A DNA stretch of 24,943 nt from a virus (taxonomy: Duplodnaviria > Caudoviricetes): positions 1-24,943 of the IMG/VR virus record IMGVR_UViG_3300017722_000334. One strand, 5' to 3'. Of this stretch, positions 16,801 through 24,943 are shown piece by piece (the stretch's first letter is position 1; each line of letters starts with the position of its first letter). A program made the position numbers and the translations under genes. The notes beneath the pieces were generated by a model, which did no database searches, had not been told where the DNA came from, and saw nothing but the letters and a program-made list of their open reading frames with translations.

Positions 16801-19668
16801 GATGAACCAGATGCAGGGTTATTACCTAAGCACGTTACCACAATGCGTACTGCGTCAGTGTATGACACACCAACACTAGCGAATGTAACTCGTATGCGTG
16901 AGCTATTACGTACACGAGCAACTTCACAAGCACAACAGTTACAAGTACGTGCAGCTATTACAGAAGTAGATGCAATTAATCGTATGGAACGTATCATCGC
17001 AGCAGTTCGTAAGGACAAAGCCAAGGTAGTACAACAAGCGGTTAATAGTAAGAACTTCGCCAATATGGTAGATGTTATTCGCGCCAGTGAAATGGTGGCT
17101 ACCGAAGAAGCTGCGAAAGCAGTAGATAAACCAAAGCCTAAAGCGAAGACAACAGAAGAGCCTAAAGCAGAACCAACATTCAAAGAACAAGTAGCAGAAG
17201 TGCCACCAAAGCCTTTGACTGAGGAACGTATAGAATTACTGAACCCTAAGATTGAACGTAAAGAACCTGTAACTCCAGTGGAGATTGCAGCAATTGAGCG
17301 TGACGTATTACGTGGTACAGCAGAAGTAGAACGTGATGCTTTAGAGACTATTGCAGTAGCATTGACCAACCATGTAAGTAGTGGTGCAGATGACACGTAC
17401 AAACAAGCAATGAAGTCGAAAGGATTTACAGATTCAGTTGGGAGATTCCTAACTAAGTGGACTAAAGACTTAGGTGAAGTATTCTTGTCAAGTGACTTAC
17501 TAGCACTGCGTTATGTAGGTGCGACATTAGTAGAGACAGGTGCAGGGTTTGGTGGTGGTGCTAGACGTAAAGCGACAGCAGCATTAATCAGAGACACTGA
17601 ATTCAAGCAATCAGTGTCACCGATGGTAATGAGTTACCGTGACAACTTAGAACGATTTGCGCATCAACAAGGTGCTACAGCAGCAGGTAAACTGTATGCT
17701 TTAGAAAGTGCAGGAGTTAACTCCGGTATCACTGAGAAGTTCAATCGTGCGGTGTTCAAAGAAATTGAGTTACGTAAGCAGGGTGGTAGTCCGGCCAAGA
17801 ACAAAGAAGCAGGTGTAAGTGAGTTCGTCGATAGCTGGTCACAGTACATGGACAAGAACCACGAGAAGCTAGTAAGTGCGAAGATTGCAGGTTTTACAAA
17901 AGAACGCAAGATTACACATTACATGCCTCATGTATGGCGACCACACAAGTTAACAGCAGCAATCCGAGCACACGGTGTAGAGAAAGTACATAAGCTGTTA
18001 AAGATGGGTTACATGACATCTAGTCAGGCAGGTGTACTGAAGCTAACTGAAAAGGAAGCAGAGACAAGTGCTTGGGATTTAATCAAGTGGATTGAAGGTC
18101 AGGGTGAGTTAGATACACAAGCAATTGCGCTATCAGATGACCCATTCATGCCTACTATGGATAGTCGTGCACGTTCACGGTTAGAGATAAATACACTAGA
18201 AGAGATAGATGGTTTGTCTGTGATGGACTTACTAGAAACGGATGTTATCGGCAACGGTGTACGGTACAGCAACAGGTTAGCAGGGTGGGTTGGTATTGCG
18301 AAAGCTACTGATGGTAAGCTCAATAGTCACCAGACCATTGACGCATTACGTAAGACCATCAAGCAAGAATCTATTGACAAGAAACTAGATAATGCAAAGG
18401 TAGATAAGAACGTACAACTGTTCGACGATACTATTGAAATGTTATTTGGTAGACCTACTCGTGGTGGTTTAGCACCAGAACTTCGTATGATTAAAGACAT
18501 GACTGCATTGACGCGTATGGGTGGCTTAGGCTTAACTCAGCTAATCGAAACAGGTCAAGTAATCACACGTTCTACACTGAATCTATTCAGCGACCCAGCA
18601 ACTATTAAGAACGTACTTAAAGCTGGTGGCAGTAATGCAAGCGAGAATGACTTACTAAAAGAAGTACAAGCATTGTCAGGTATTCGTGATGATATGGAGT
18701 TCTTAGAACGTCAGTCAATACATCTTGATGAAGCTGAGCTACACAACGTAAGTATGATGCGTAAGGCGTCATTATGGGCAGCAGACAAAGCAACACTCGG
18801 TAGCTTGAAGGCACCAGCAGGGCGGCTACTCGGAAAGACTACAGGCTTCAACATGGTGCGTAGAGCACAGACTCGTATCAATCAACTATCATTCGTAATA
18901 GATGTTGCAAGACACTTTAAGAGTGGTACTGGTAAGATGGGTAATGCTCGTATGGCTGATTTAGGTTTAACAGACCCAACTGGCCGTGACGTAGAACTAG
19001 AAGAAGTCTTCAGTAAGTATGTCGAGTATGATGCAGAAGGTAATGTAACTAAACTGAACACTAACCAATGGTCAGAGTCAGCAAGGGATAAGTTCAATCT
19101 AGCGTTAATTCGTGATGATGCACAGAACATCCAACGTACACATATTGGTGAGTTACCACCTTGGATGAACAGTCCATTGATGGCGCTAGTTATGCAGTTC
19201 CGTGAAATGCCTATGGTAGCAATGAACAAGTCACTACGACGTAACATGGCGTTTGCAGACAAAGAAGCTGTAGTAGGTTTCATGTTGAATGCGTCATTTG
19301 CAGGTATAGTAAGATGGTCTAAGTTCGCAGGACTAGGTTTAGCAGCAGCACAAATTACAGGTACAGAGTGGAGAGACCCTAATCAAGAACAGATGGACAC
19401 AGCTAAGTATATTACTCAATTCGGGTTATATGCTGACATGTATGATTTGATTATTGATAGTCGCCAAGCAACAGAAGAGGGTGACGTAGATAAGGTGCTT
19501 AACAATATACCAGTACTAGGGTTGATGCAGGACTATAGTGATGCAACCGGTATCACAGAAGAACAACGTAGAACACAAATCGACTCCATACAAGGATTAA
19601 CACCATTAGGCAATACTGCTTACGGTGATATGATTTACATGTGGTTAAACGAGAAATTTGGAGAGTAA
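13813..19668 (+). CDS. Large internal virion (ejection) protein, T7 gp16-like (1951 aa)
   Basis: SD AGGAG. Gly/Ala hydrophobic segments (FAFGAGAIIADPVNL, FDAVFGTALGAGVMVW). The C-terminal half has HYMPHVW, RMGGLGLTQLIETG and GELPPWMNSPLMALVMQFREMP, typical of gp16-like C-termini. Lies before the tail fibre. Confidence 0.8.
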   Translation: MASLTEDTQVDEYESGPDTGNYENDSDRYWPSLNPHSTEFAEEAGSLADKDPYIQEAARATYFNQGYQEANLKQKYVSNWDKAETSFKKFNWMYGSAQATEMNAMRVKTSNLDIPDATLLEGIPESQQGIILQERDKFGHVAAIAKRDQLRDTLSTNAQFNDMDGWEQFAFGAGAIIADPVNLSGLGALAKVEQGASTLFKGAQQASIINSGISGNRAWLASSAVSTPLKLAGYTALGAAEGAIVNVPQLAQDPTYTPTDYMYDIAFDAVFGTALGAGVMVWNRPKVATHQEELDASYRALQEDIQRKADPVVQPLGLLNNNARWKALGAKIDKAVGVHNDAAKTVYEDSIRQGIATDASVAGTVARLGEKFKALEVQMRNGDVDVLTKATQEVESASDSLKLMRTQLETPEIKAAMSRLEELKATYQTMTIKGAKVPEKELTALKKEVATLNTQVKAHRNATDTPEIKELEEYRNSMKEPLKRMQEAKAEALLPLKEIYTERDALRKEFQAIQGQGTVTLPEAVDLTPLESAVDIAKEAVRKNPSVDTTQALSVAQQALREAVIGRDMPTTNAVPTDSNEVRRREIRLRLDQLETLRQDVVEKAKPAASKRYATMSDVSTIDKKTFDNVALTLRGRFKKNSPMYMLVNRHQKLLRDKTLSPEVSKELERLSADIVRLLSVTPAGKVPEWLENSVREATTTQTHFTHTNVFAGILEDGSSNPEKLLQDYIDQLKQLDIWEGYDVQPVSSSDFYRENSEWLNPELDERYAESGEVDFMEVYMSAELSFLRDMVKLNEFVKDKPNLQAAVEELNGLVQTRIAQKEFANAHFVTQNDMEMIAETVKETLRDWGYIRGTQEYVDKFGEMYRSALDEARKEASLPEWGDSRESWGKLVRMTPDDMLRQVRREGYVSGTQEFKDRLRELAKSGERMEVPKEVNLMGKRKSFVIGTERTDALDRDELNATKEEYTGGSDEFSGSRNAQDGDTPVRIQKMDLVVDEPDAGLLPKHVTTMRTASVYDTPTLANVTRMRELLRTRATSQAQQLQVRAAITEVDAINRMERIIAAVRKDKAKVVQQAVNSKNFANMVDVIRASEMVATEEAAKAVDKPKPKAKTTEEPKAEPTFKEQVAEVPPKPLTEERIELLNPKIERKEPVTPVEIAAIERDVLRGTAEVERDALETIAVALTNHVSSGADDTYKQAMKSKGFTDSVGRFLTKWTKDLGEVFLSSDLLALRYVGATLVETGAGFGGGARRKATAALIRDTEFKQSVSPMVMSYRDNLERFAHQQGATAAGKLYALESAGVNSGITEKFNRAVFKEIELRKQGGSPAKNKEAGVSEFVDSWSQYMDKNHEKLVSAKIAGFTKERKITHYMPHVWRPHKLTAAIRAHGVEKVHKLLKMGYMTSSQAGVLKLTEKEAETSAWDLIKWIEGQGELDTQAIALSDDPFMPTMDSRARSRLEINTLEEIDGLSVMDLLETDVIGNGVRYSNRLAGWVGIAKATDGKLNSHQTIDALRKTIKQESIDKKLDNAKVDKNVQLFDDTIEMLFGRPTRGGLAPELRMIKDMTALTRMGGLGLTQLIETGQVITRSTLNLFSDPATIKNVLKAGGSNASENDLLKEVQALSGIRDDMEFLERQSIHLDEAELHNVSMMRKASLWAADKATLGSLKAPAGRLLGKTTGFNMVRRAQTRINQLSFVIDVARHFKSGTGKMGNARMADLGLTDPTGRDVELEEVFSKYVEYDAEGNVTKLNTNQWSESARDKFNLALIRDDAQNIQRTHIGELPPWMNSPLMALVMQFREMPMVAMNKSLRRNMAFADKEAVVGFMLNASFAGIVRWSKFAGLGLAAAQITGTEWRDPNQEQMDTAKYITQFGLYADMYDLIIDSRQATEEGDVDKVLNNIPVLGLMQDYSDATGITEEQRRTQIDSIQGLTPLGNTAYGDMIYMWLNEKFGE

Positions 19669-22284
19669 ATGAAGACTATCAGTACAACTATTGTAAATGG
19701 TGTACAGACAGTGTTCCCAGTGAGTTTCGGTCTAGGTTATATAGACCGAGCTCATGTCTACGTGTATACAGGTTCTGTGTACACGCAGCAAATTGGGTAT
19801 ACTTGGATTAACAGTACAACTATTGAAACAGCTCAAGTGCTACCGTCAGGTACGGAGTTAACGATTCGAAGGGTAATTCCAAAAGCACAATTAATTAATG
19901 ACTACACTAACGCAGCTATTCTGGAAGAACAGAACTTAGACAATTCATTTAAGCAAGCATTGATGTGGTTAGAAGAGATTGAAGATGGCTTTATGTCATC
20001 GGACGATACGTGGATCATTCGCAACAAGATTAAGTTCTTAGGCGATCTGGACATGGATGGTTTCCGTATTAAGAATTTACCACAACCAGTGGATAGCACA
20101 GACGCAGCGCGTGTACAGGATGTGCTACAAATCGCAGGTGGTGTAGCAGGTGCAAACTACATTGGCGAGACAGCACCAGTTACAGTGTTTAATGGTATGC
20201 GTTGGTATAATCCAACAATCCCTACAACATTCACGTACTATATAGATGGTGACTCAGGCCAGTGGGTAGAAGAAACTGTACAAGGTGTTGATGGTAAGTT
20301 ACGTCAGGACTTAGCAGACGCTAACTCAAACATACCTATCGCGGGTATACCAGCTAAAGCGTTTAGAACAATCTCAGGTATTAAAGACTTAATGCCCATT
20401 GAGCATGTAGCACTAGACGTAGTAGGTTTCTACTCAGGTACTACGACAGGCGGTGGTAAATTTACATACAAACCAAACATGCCGGTAAGTGCACATAATG
20501 GTGGTACTATTATTGCAGCAGCTGCATTAGGTGCGTGGGATGGTACACAGACCGGAGTTAATACACTATTAACTTGGGCCGGTACAGGTACAGGCTGTTA
20601 TGTACGCACTACAGGCTACACCGAAAAAGTACTTGCATCATGGTTCGGGCTGACAACAGTAGATAATGGTAATGTTCTAGCAAACGTACCAGATGTAACA
20701 GCATCGTTATCGGCGGCGATACGTTACTGTAATTCTCGTTATGTAGAAATCACAAACGAAGGTTATTTTGGTTCGACAAACTTTAACTTAGTTCTACCAC
20801 GAGGCTACGCAAAGACATCCTCAGTTATACAGTTCCTCCGTGGTATGGACATAAGGAGTGAGGGCACTACGTTTTTCAGTTGCGCAACGCCGCGTGGTCA
20901 TAGTTTTATGGACTGCCTAACAGAACGTCTTTTCGATTTTACTGTAGAAGGTATAAAGCTACAAAGGTACACAACATGCTACAGAGTGAAAAATGATGAT
21001 GTAACCGACCATTCACAGTGGCGCTTCAAACGGTGTGGGTTCAAAGATGTAGCGCTAGGGATAGATACAGTATCGTATGTAGCTTCACGGTCAACAATCC
21101 TGACACTAGAAGATTGCAAGTCATCTTACGGCGTAGAGGAGTTTGTGCGATCTTATTGCGATATGACCCATGTAATTGGTGGTTGGTACACACACGACCA
21201 AAACAAACCATGCTTCACTATTGGTGGTAGGGCAACCGTAACAGGTGGTATTTATGTACCTATATTAGCTGGGCCACATAACGCACTGTGTTGGTATAGT
21301 GCAGAACTTGCTGACGAGTCAGCGGGGATAGTGTTTAGTGGTTGTCGTTTTGGTGGTGAATATGGTGGTGGTGTTGTGCTGTACGTAAAAAGTAACGCAG
21401 CGGCATCAGACAACAACGGTTTAGCGTCTGGTGCATCACAACAATTCACATTCACAAATTGCCAATTATCGTCAAACAACCCTTTTGACCCACTAAATAC
21501 AGGAACAACCACCCGCGCAGTTGTAGTATTCAACGCATACAACAATGGTGGTGTATCTTTCCAAGGTTGTACAATATCGACAGACTTAGGCCCAGCAGCA
21601 ACTAACGCGAACGTATCACGCGTAATCGCAGAGTACAACAACCTAACAGCAAACCCAGCACCGCATAACTTCGTCATAGAGTTTGATGATACGTCTTGGA
21701 GAGCAGCGAATAACGGGGCTAATCGACCAGCGACCAACAAGCTACTTCAATATGTAGGTAATGCCGCACAGGTGTCGATGTTTAAAGAGACATCTGCGTA
21801 CGGTCATCTACTAGTAGGCGTTACTACCGACGGTTCTAAGAACAAAGCGACTTTTAAAGTTAAGTTAGGTAGACGGTTTACGTATTACACATTCCCAATG
21901 TTATTCGATTTAGACGTAGGTCAATTAGGGCAGTTACCCGATAACGCTTACCGTACCAGTCGGTATGCAGGATATCGTTGCAGTATCGTAGGTGGGCGGG
22001 ATTTGGGTATCGCACAAAACGTGTACAAGTTACGAAGAACGCTTATGTATGCACATGACGGTGGTGTAGACTTAACTGTTGGGGCGGAAATCGTTAGTAT
22101 GCACTTTGGTACTGGAGATACCGGACAAGATTACGTAATAGCTGATGGCATCGAGCCGGATGGTGAAGTGTATGTAACAGTTGTATGGGGTGAATTCACG
22201 CAAAGTGCGGCAACAGGCTTAGCTCGTGTGAAAGCAGTATTTGACCAGTTCGCGGCGTATAACAATGGTAACGACGTACCGTAA
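19669..22284 (+). CDS. Tail fibre/tailspike 1: T7 gp17-type N-terminal anchor, adapter segment, putative beta-helix receptor-binding domain
   Basis: The N-terminus NGVQTVFPVSFGLGYIDRAHVYV...LTIRRVIP...LEEQNLDNSFKQALMWLEEIEDG fits the T7 gp17 anchor, followed by GDLDMDGFRIKNLPQPVDSTDAA. Later periodic F.xC motifs (FKRCGF, FSGCRF, FTNCQL, FQGCTI) suggest a right-handed beta-helix. Confidence 0.88.
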   Translation: MKTISTTIVNGVQTVFPVSFGLGYIDRAHVYVYTGSVYTQQIGYTWINSTTIETAQVLPSGTELTIRRVIPKAQLINDYTNAAILEEQNLDNSFKQALMWLEEIEDGFMSSDDTWIIRNKIKFLGDLDMDGFRIKNLPQPVDSTDAARVQDVLQIAGGVAGANYIGETAPVTVFNGMRWYNPTIPTTFTYYIDGDSGQWVEETVQGVDGKLRQDLADANSNIPIAGIPAKAFRTISGIKDLMPIEHVALDVVGFYSGTTTGGGKFTYKPNMPVSAHNGGTIIAAAALGAWDGTQTGVNTLLTWAGTGTGCYVRTTGYTEKVLASWFGLTTVDNGNVLANVPDVTASLSAAIRYCNSRYVEITNEGYFGSTNFNLVLPRGYAKTSSVIQFLRGMDIRSEGTTFFSCATPRGHSFMDCLTERLFDFTVEGIKLQRYTTCYRVKNDDVTDHSQWRFKRCGFKDVALGIDTVSYVASRSTILTLEDCKSSYGVEEFVRSYCDMTHVIGGWYTHDQNKPCFTIGGRATVTGGIYVPILAGPHNALCWYSAELADESAGIVFSGCRFGGEYGGGVVLYVKSNAAASDNNGLASGASQQFTFTNCQLSSNNPFDPLNTGTTTRAVVVFNAYNNGGVSFQGCTISTDLGPAATNANVSRVIAEYNNLTANPAPHNFVIEFDDTSWRAANNGANRPATNKLLQYVGNAAQVSMFKETSAYGHLLVGVTTDGSKNKATFKVKLGRRFTYYTFPMLFDLDVGQLGQLPDNAYRTSRYAGYRCSIVGGRDLGIAQNVYKLRRTLMYAHDGGVDLTVGAEIVSMHFGTGDTGQDYVIADGIEPDGEVYVTVVWGEFTQSAATGLARVKAVFDQFAAYNNGNDVP
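20299..20607 (+). repeat. Copy 1 of a 103-aa module shared by both tailspikes
   Basis: LRQDL...GFYSGTTTGGGKF...HNGGTII...TLLTWAGTGTGCYVR aligns without gaps to 22423-22731 (about 53/103 identical, counted by hand). Confidence 0.9.
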
Positions 22285-22293
22285 GGAACAACA

Positions 22294-24561
22294 ATGACAT
22301 TACCAAATTTTCCAAATAACCCAACCATAGGACAGCAGTTCATGGTTGGTAGTACAACGTATGAGTGTACATTTAATGGTATTAACCCACAGTGGCGTGT
22401 ACTAAGTCAGGCTGATAAAGGTCTACGCGGTGAGTTAGAACAGACGACATCCAACGTATTACTAGCAGGGGTAGAAGCCCGAGGCATACGGACTGTAAAC
22501 GGTGTAAAGAACTTACTACCTGTAGCCAATACAGTATTACACGTAACAAGTTTTTACGCTAATGGTGAGAGTGGCGGTGGTGACTTTATCTATGTACCAA
22601 GTATGTCTTGGGGTAATCACAATGGCGGTACTGTAATTGCCAGTGGTGCATTAGTAGCTTGGTCAGGCACCCGTAGTACAGTAGACACGTTACTAACTTG
22701 GGTAGGTACGGGTACTGGTTGTTATGTTCGTAAGTACACACTGAAAGGTTACATACCGTGTAGCTTCTTCGGTGCAGATACATTACTAACCGATAACAGA
22801 CTACCGATACAGAAATGTTTAAACGTAGCTACAGAGCAAAACAAAATTGCGTTCTTAGACCCGTCACCAAACTTCTACATGATAGATTTAACAGTATTCA
22901 TACCGGCAGGTGGACACTTAGCTGGTGCAGGTGGTATCAACAAGCGTACTAAGGTCAAGCGGGTAGATGGTCATTACACAGACTTGTTCATGGCAGGTAT
23001 TCATACCGAAGGTGTGAACGGCTCATATAGTGAAATGGTTATACCAGCACGAAATGGTATGCCGTACAACGTGTCCATGTTAGGCAGCGATGTTAAAATC
23101 TCAGGTCTATACATGGACGGTAACGGTATTAATGCAGGGTACGCACCAGAACTAGGTGCAGGTACAGGCTACAAAGGGAGTAACGTGTATATCCGTTATG
23201 TGGATGGAGTAGCGTTTGAGGATGTATATTCAGAATACGCATCGAACGATTGCATCTACGCACAATATTGTAGACGTATTCATGTACAGAACGTGATGGT
23301 AGCCAGAAACAAGTTAACTGGTAACGTGATTGGTGCTACCCGCAACGGTATGACAATTGCCGGTACATTGTCTGGATTCGCAGGGTTCTCAACGTCAGAC
23401 TACATTTACATAGATAACGTGATAGCAGAAGAGACTGAGGACTTAGGTCTATCTGTAATCTTTAAGACACCACCAACCAACTTAACGACATTAAGTGGTA
23501 CGTCACAAATCACGAATATCACCACACGTAGAAATGCTACAGTAGGTTTCGCGGTAGAGATTTCGGGAGCTGATTCACCAGAACAACCTGTACGAGATAT
23601 GATTAACATATCAAACATCTTGTCTATTGAAGATAGTCAGAGAACAGGTGAGTCGTATTGTTCAGTATTAATTGCGTATAAAACAAAGAATATCAACGTA
23701 AATGGTGTATCTATTCGTGGTGCACGATCACATGGTTTAATCCTTGCAGGTAACGAATCCATTAACGTGTCTAACGTAATTGTAGATGGTTATGGTACTG
23801 CGAATTGGCCAAACTTTATGGTAGGCGTATTCGCGTATAGTGTTGCAGGTACAACATCCAAAGTACTGAACATCAGTAACGTACAGGTAACAGGTGGTAG
23901 TGGTAGGACATACGACACGTATGGTGTATCATTGACCGGCTTTGACAGGATTAATGCGAGTAACTTCGATGTAGATGGTAATACCTGTACATCAACAGAG
24001 TTAATTAGTAATGTTAACTTTGACTGTGCTCACCTTAAAGCAACAAACATACACGTACAGAACTCAGCTACGTTTGGTATAATCACTCGTGTATCTAAGG
24101 ACATGCGTTTATCTAACAGTAGCGCGATCAATAGTGGGCGAGCATTGAAAGATGGCCAACGGTCTGCAATATACGTCCGTAGTGGCACAAATCGTACAGG
24201 TTCTATCACGGGATGTAACTTCAGTGACTACCAAACGACACCTACACAAACTATTGGGATCTTGTTAGAATCTAGTCCAACTGATGCAATCTCTGTGTCG
24301 GACTGTTCAGCAGTAGGTAACGTATATCAACCATTAGCTAACCTAGGTATGACTAATGCGCGGATATTTAACAATAGTTTCCCACATACCGTACCAGCTG
24401 AGGCGCATACACCGTTTAGTGTAGGTGCTACTTGGAGAAGTGGTTTACGCATGGGGCCGTCAACTTTGTTTATTGACGAGACTAACTGGAAACTACGTGT
24501 GAAGCTTAACGGTACACCGACTAGTGAAACAGATGGTGTGATTGTTGGTACTCAAGTTTAA
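22294..24561 (+). CDS. Tailspike 2: anchor-less putative pectate-lyase-like beta-helix depolymerase
   Basis: Short N-terminal peptide MTLPNFPNNPTIGQQF, then the shared module and the DNRLPIQKCLN helix cap. Many I-N-V/I-S-N-V/I repeats typical of parallel beta-helices. The C-terminal LFID...KLRVK...PTSETDGVIVGTQV resembles a recurrent tailspike terminus. SD TAAGGA. Confidence 0.85.
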   Translation: MTLPNFPNNPTIGQQFMVGSTTYECTFNGINPQWRVLSQADKGLRGELEQTTSNVLLAGVEARGIRTVNGVKNLLPVANTVLHVTSFYANGESGGGDFIYVPSMSWGNHNGGTVIASGALVAWSGTRSTVDTLLTWVGTGTGCYVRKYTLKGYIPCSFFGADTLLTDNRLPIQKCLNVATEQNKIAFLDPSPNFYMIDLTVFIPAGGHLAGAGGINKRTKVKRVDGHYTDLFMAGIHTEGVNGSYSEMVIPARNGMPYNVSMLGSDVKISGLYMDGNGINAGYAPELGAGTGYKGSNVYIRYVDGVAFEDVYSEYASNDCIYAQYCRRIHVQNVMVARNKLTGNVIGATRNGMTIAGTLSGFAGFSTSDYIYIDNVIAEETEDLGLSVIFKTPPTNLTTLSGTSQITNITTRRNATVGFAVEISGADSPEQPVRDMINISNILSIEDSQRTGESYCSVLIAYKTKNINVNGVSIRGARSHGLILAGNESINVSNVIVDGYGTANWPNFMVGVFAYSVAGTTSKVLNISNVQVTGGSGRTYDTYGVSLTGFDRINASNFDVDGNTCTSTELISNVNFDCAHLKATNIHVQNSATFGIITRVSKDMRLSNSSAINSGRALKDGQRSAIYVRSGTNRTGSITGCNFSDYQTTPTQTIGILLESSPTDAISVSDCSAVGNVYQPLANLGMTNARIFNNSFPHTVPAEAHTPFSVGATWRSGLRMGPSTLFIDETNWKLRVKLNGTPTSETDGVIVGTQV
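22423..22731 (+). repeat. Copy 2 of the 103-aa module shared by both tailspikes
   Basis: LRGEL...SFYANGESGGGDF...HNGGTVI...TLLTWVGTGTGCYVR; same length (309 nt) as 20299-20607. Confidence 0.9.
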
Positions 24562-24572
24562 TAAGGATTAAC

Positions 24573-24943
24573 ATGTTAATGCCCATTATACGTGGGAGTG
24601 ACGAGCTGGGTAGTGCGCTACCCAGTGGTTACACTTATACCGCGAATGCAGTAACTGGTGCGCTTGAACTTCGGCGTGGGCCAGATTTAATAGCAGTACA
24701 GAACACAGATGGAAGTTGGTTTAAGGATGCAGTATCTACAGGTGTAGGTTCATTACATCTAGGTGGTGAGAACGGTAAACCAACACACTCATTACAAAGT
24801 GCAGGACAGAATGCAACATTTACGAATGAAGCATTTGATAACAACAAGGATAACGCAATAGCGTGGTTCCCACCTTGGCAGGGTGTACGTTCTAACCTTG
24901 CCAACGTGATAGCACCTACCTTCTTGGAGTTTGGCGCACTACA
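24573..24943 (+). CDS. Hypothetical protein, 3'-truncated; possibly a further fibre or virion protein (absent from the ORF track)
   Basis: SD TAAGGA precedes ATG 24573. The frame is open to the window end: MLMPIIRGSDELGSALPSGYTYTANAVTGALELRRGPDLIAVQNTDGSWFKDAVSTGVGSLHLGGENGKPTHSLQSAGQNATFTNEAFDNNKDNAIAWFPPWQGVRSNL... Confidence 0.75.
   Translation, partial: MLMPIIRGSDELGSALPSGYTYTANAVTGALELRRGPDLIAVQNTDGSWFKDAVSTGVGSLHLGGENGKPTHSLQSAGQNATFTNEAFDNNKDNAIAWFPPWQGVRSNLANVIAPTFLEFGAL

Noticed and set aside
21018-21230. 70-aa + strand ORF inside tailspike 1
   Set aside because: It is an out-of-frame nested ORF without an SD or recognisable features.
19669-24561. Diversity-generating retroelement or invertase shufflon acting on the tail fibres
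   Set aside because: The shared module is diverged at synonymous sites rather than showing adenine-specific TR/VR differences. No reverse transcriptase, invertase or inverted crossover sites are present in the window.
366-24904. Numerous minus-strand ORFs in the track (e.g. 366-797, 5264-5752, 14013-14414, 16779-17402, 21252-21740, 24635-24904)
   Set aside because: They lie antisense to well-supported + strand genes, mostly as codon-aligned shadows, and show no recognisable motifs. Autographiviridae genes are co-oriented.
1-24943. CRISPR array, tRNA or other RNA genes
   Set aside because: The window is almost entirely coding. The only ~100-nt intergenic gap is explained by hairpins and a terminator, with no regularly spaced repeats or cloverleaf.

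Overview
This window is about 25 kb of a lytic T7-superfamily podophage (Autographiviridae sensu lato) with phiKMV-type gene order. All credible genes are on the + strand. The end of the replication block comes first: a 5'-truncated ATP-dependent DNA ligase and an endonuclease VII. Next is a single-subunit T7-type RNA polymerase placed late, directly before the structural module. That module contains a small conserved ORF, a cupin-fold protein, a small virion protein, portal, scaffold and major capsid protein. A hairpin/terminator region follows, then tail tubular proteins A and B, three internal (ejection) proteins including a very long 1951-aa gp16-like protein, two tailspikes, and a 3'-truncated ORF missing from the supplied track. 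All family calls rest on motifs recognised by eye plus synteny; no database search was run. The most notable items are (1) a cupin gene where related phages carry a GNAT acetyltransferase, overlapping a small virion-protein gene, (2) an enlarged ejection protein with internal repeats and no recognisable peptidoglycan hydrolase, (3) a ~260-nt codon-usage island with short repeats inside that gene, (4) a probable branched two-tailspike system sharing a duplicated 103-aa module, and (5) RNA hairpins at the RNAP/late-gene and capsid/tail junctions. I found no CRISPR array, tRNA or mobile element, and could not identify a phage promoter consensus.
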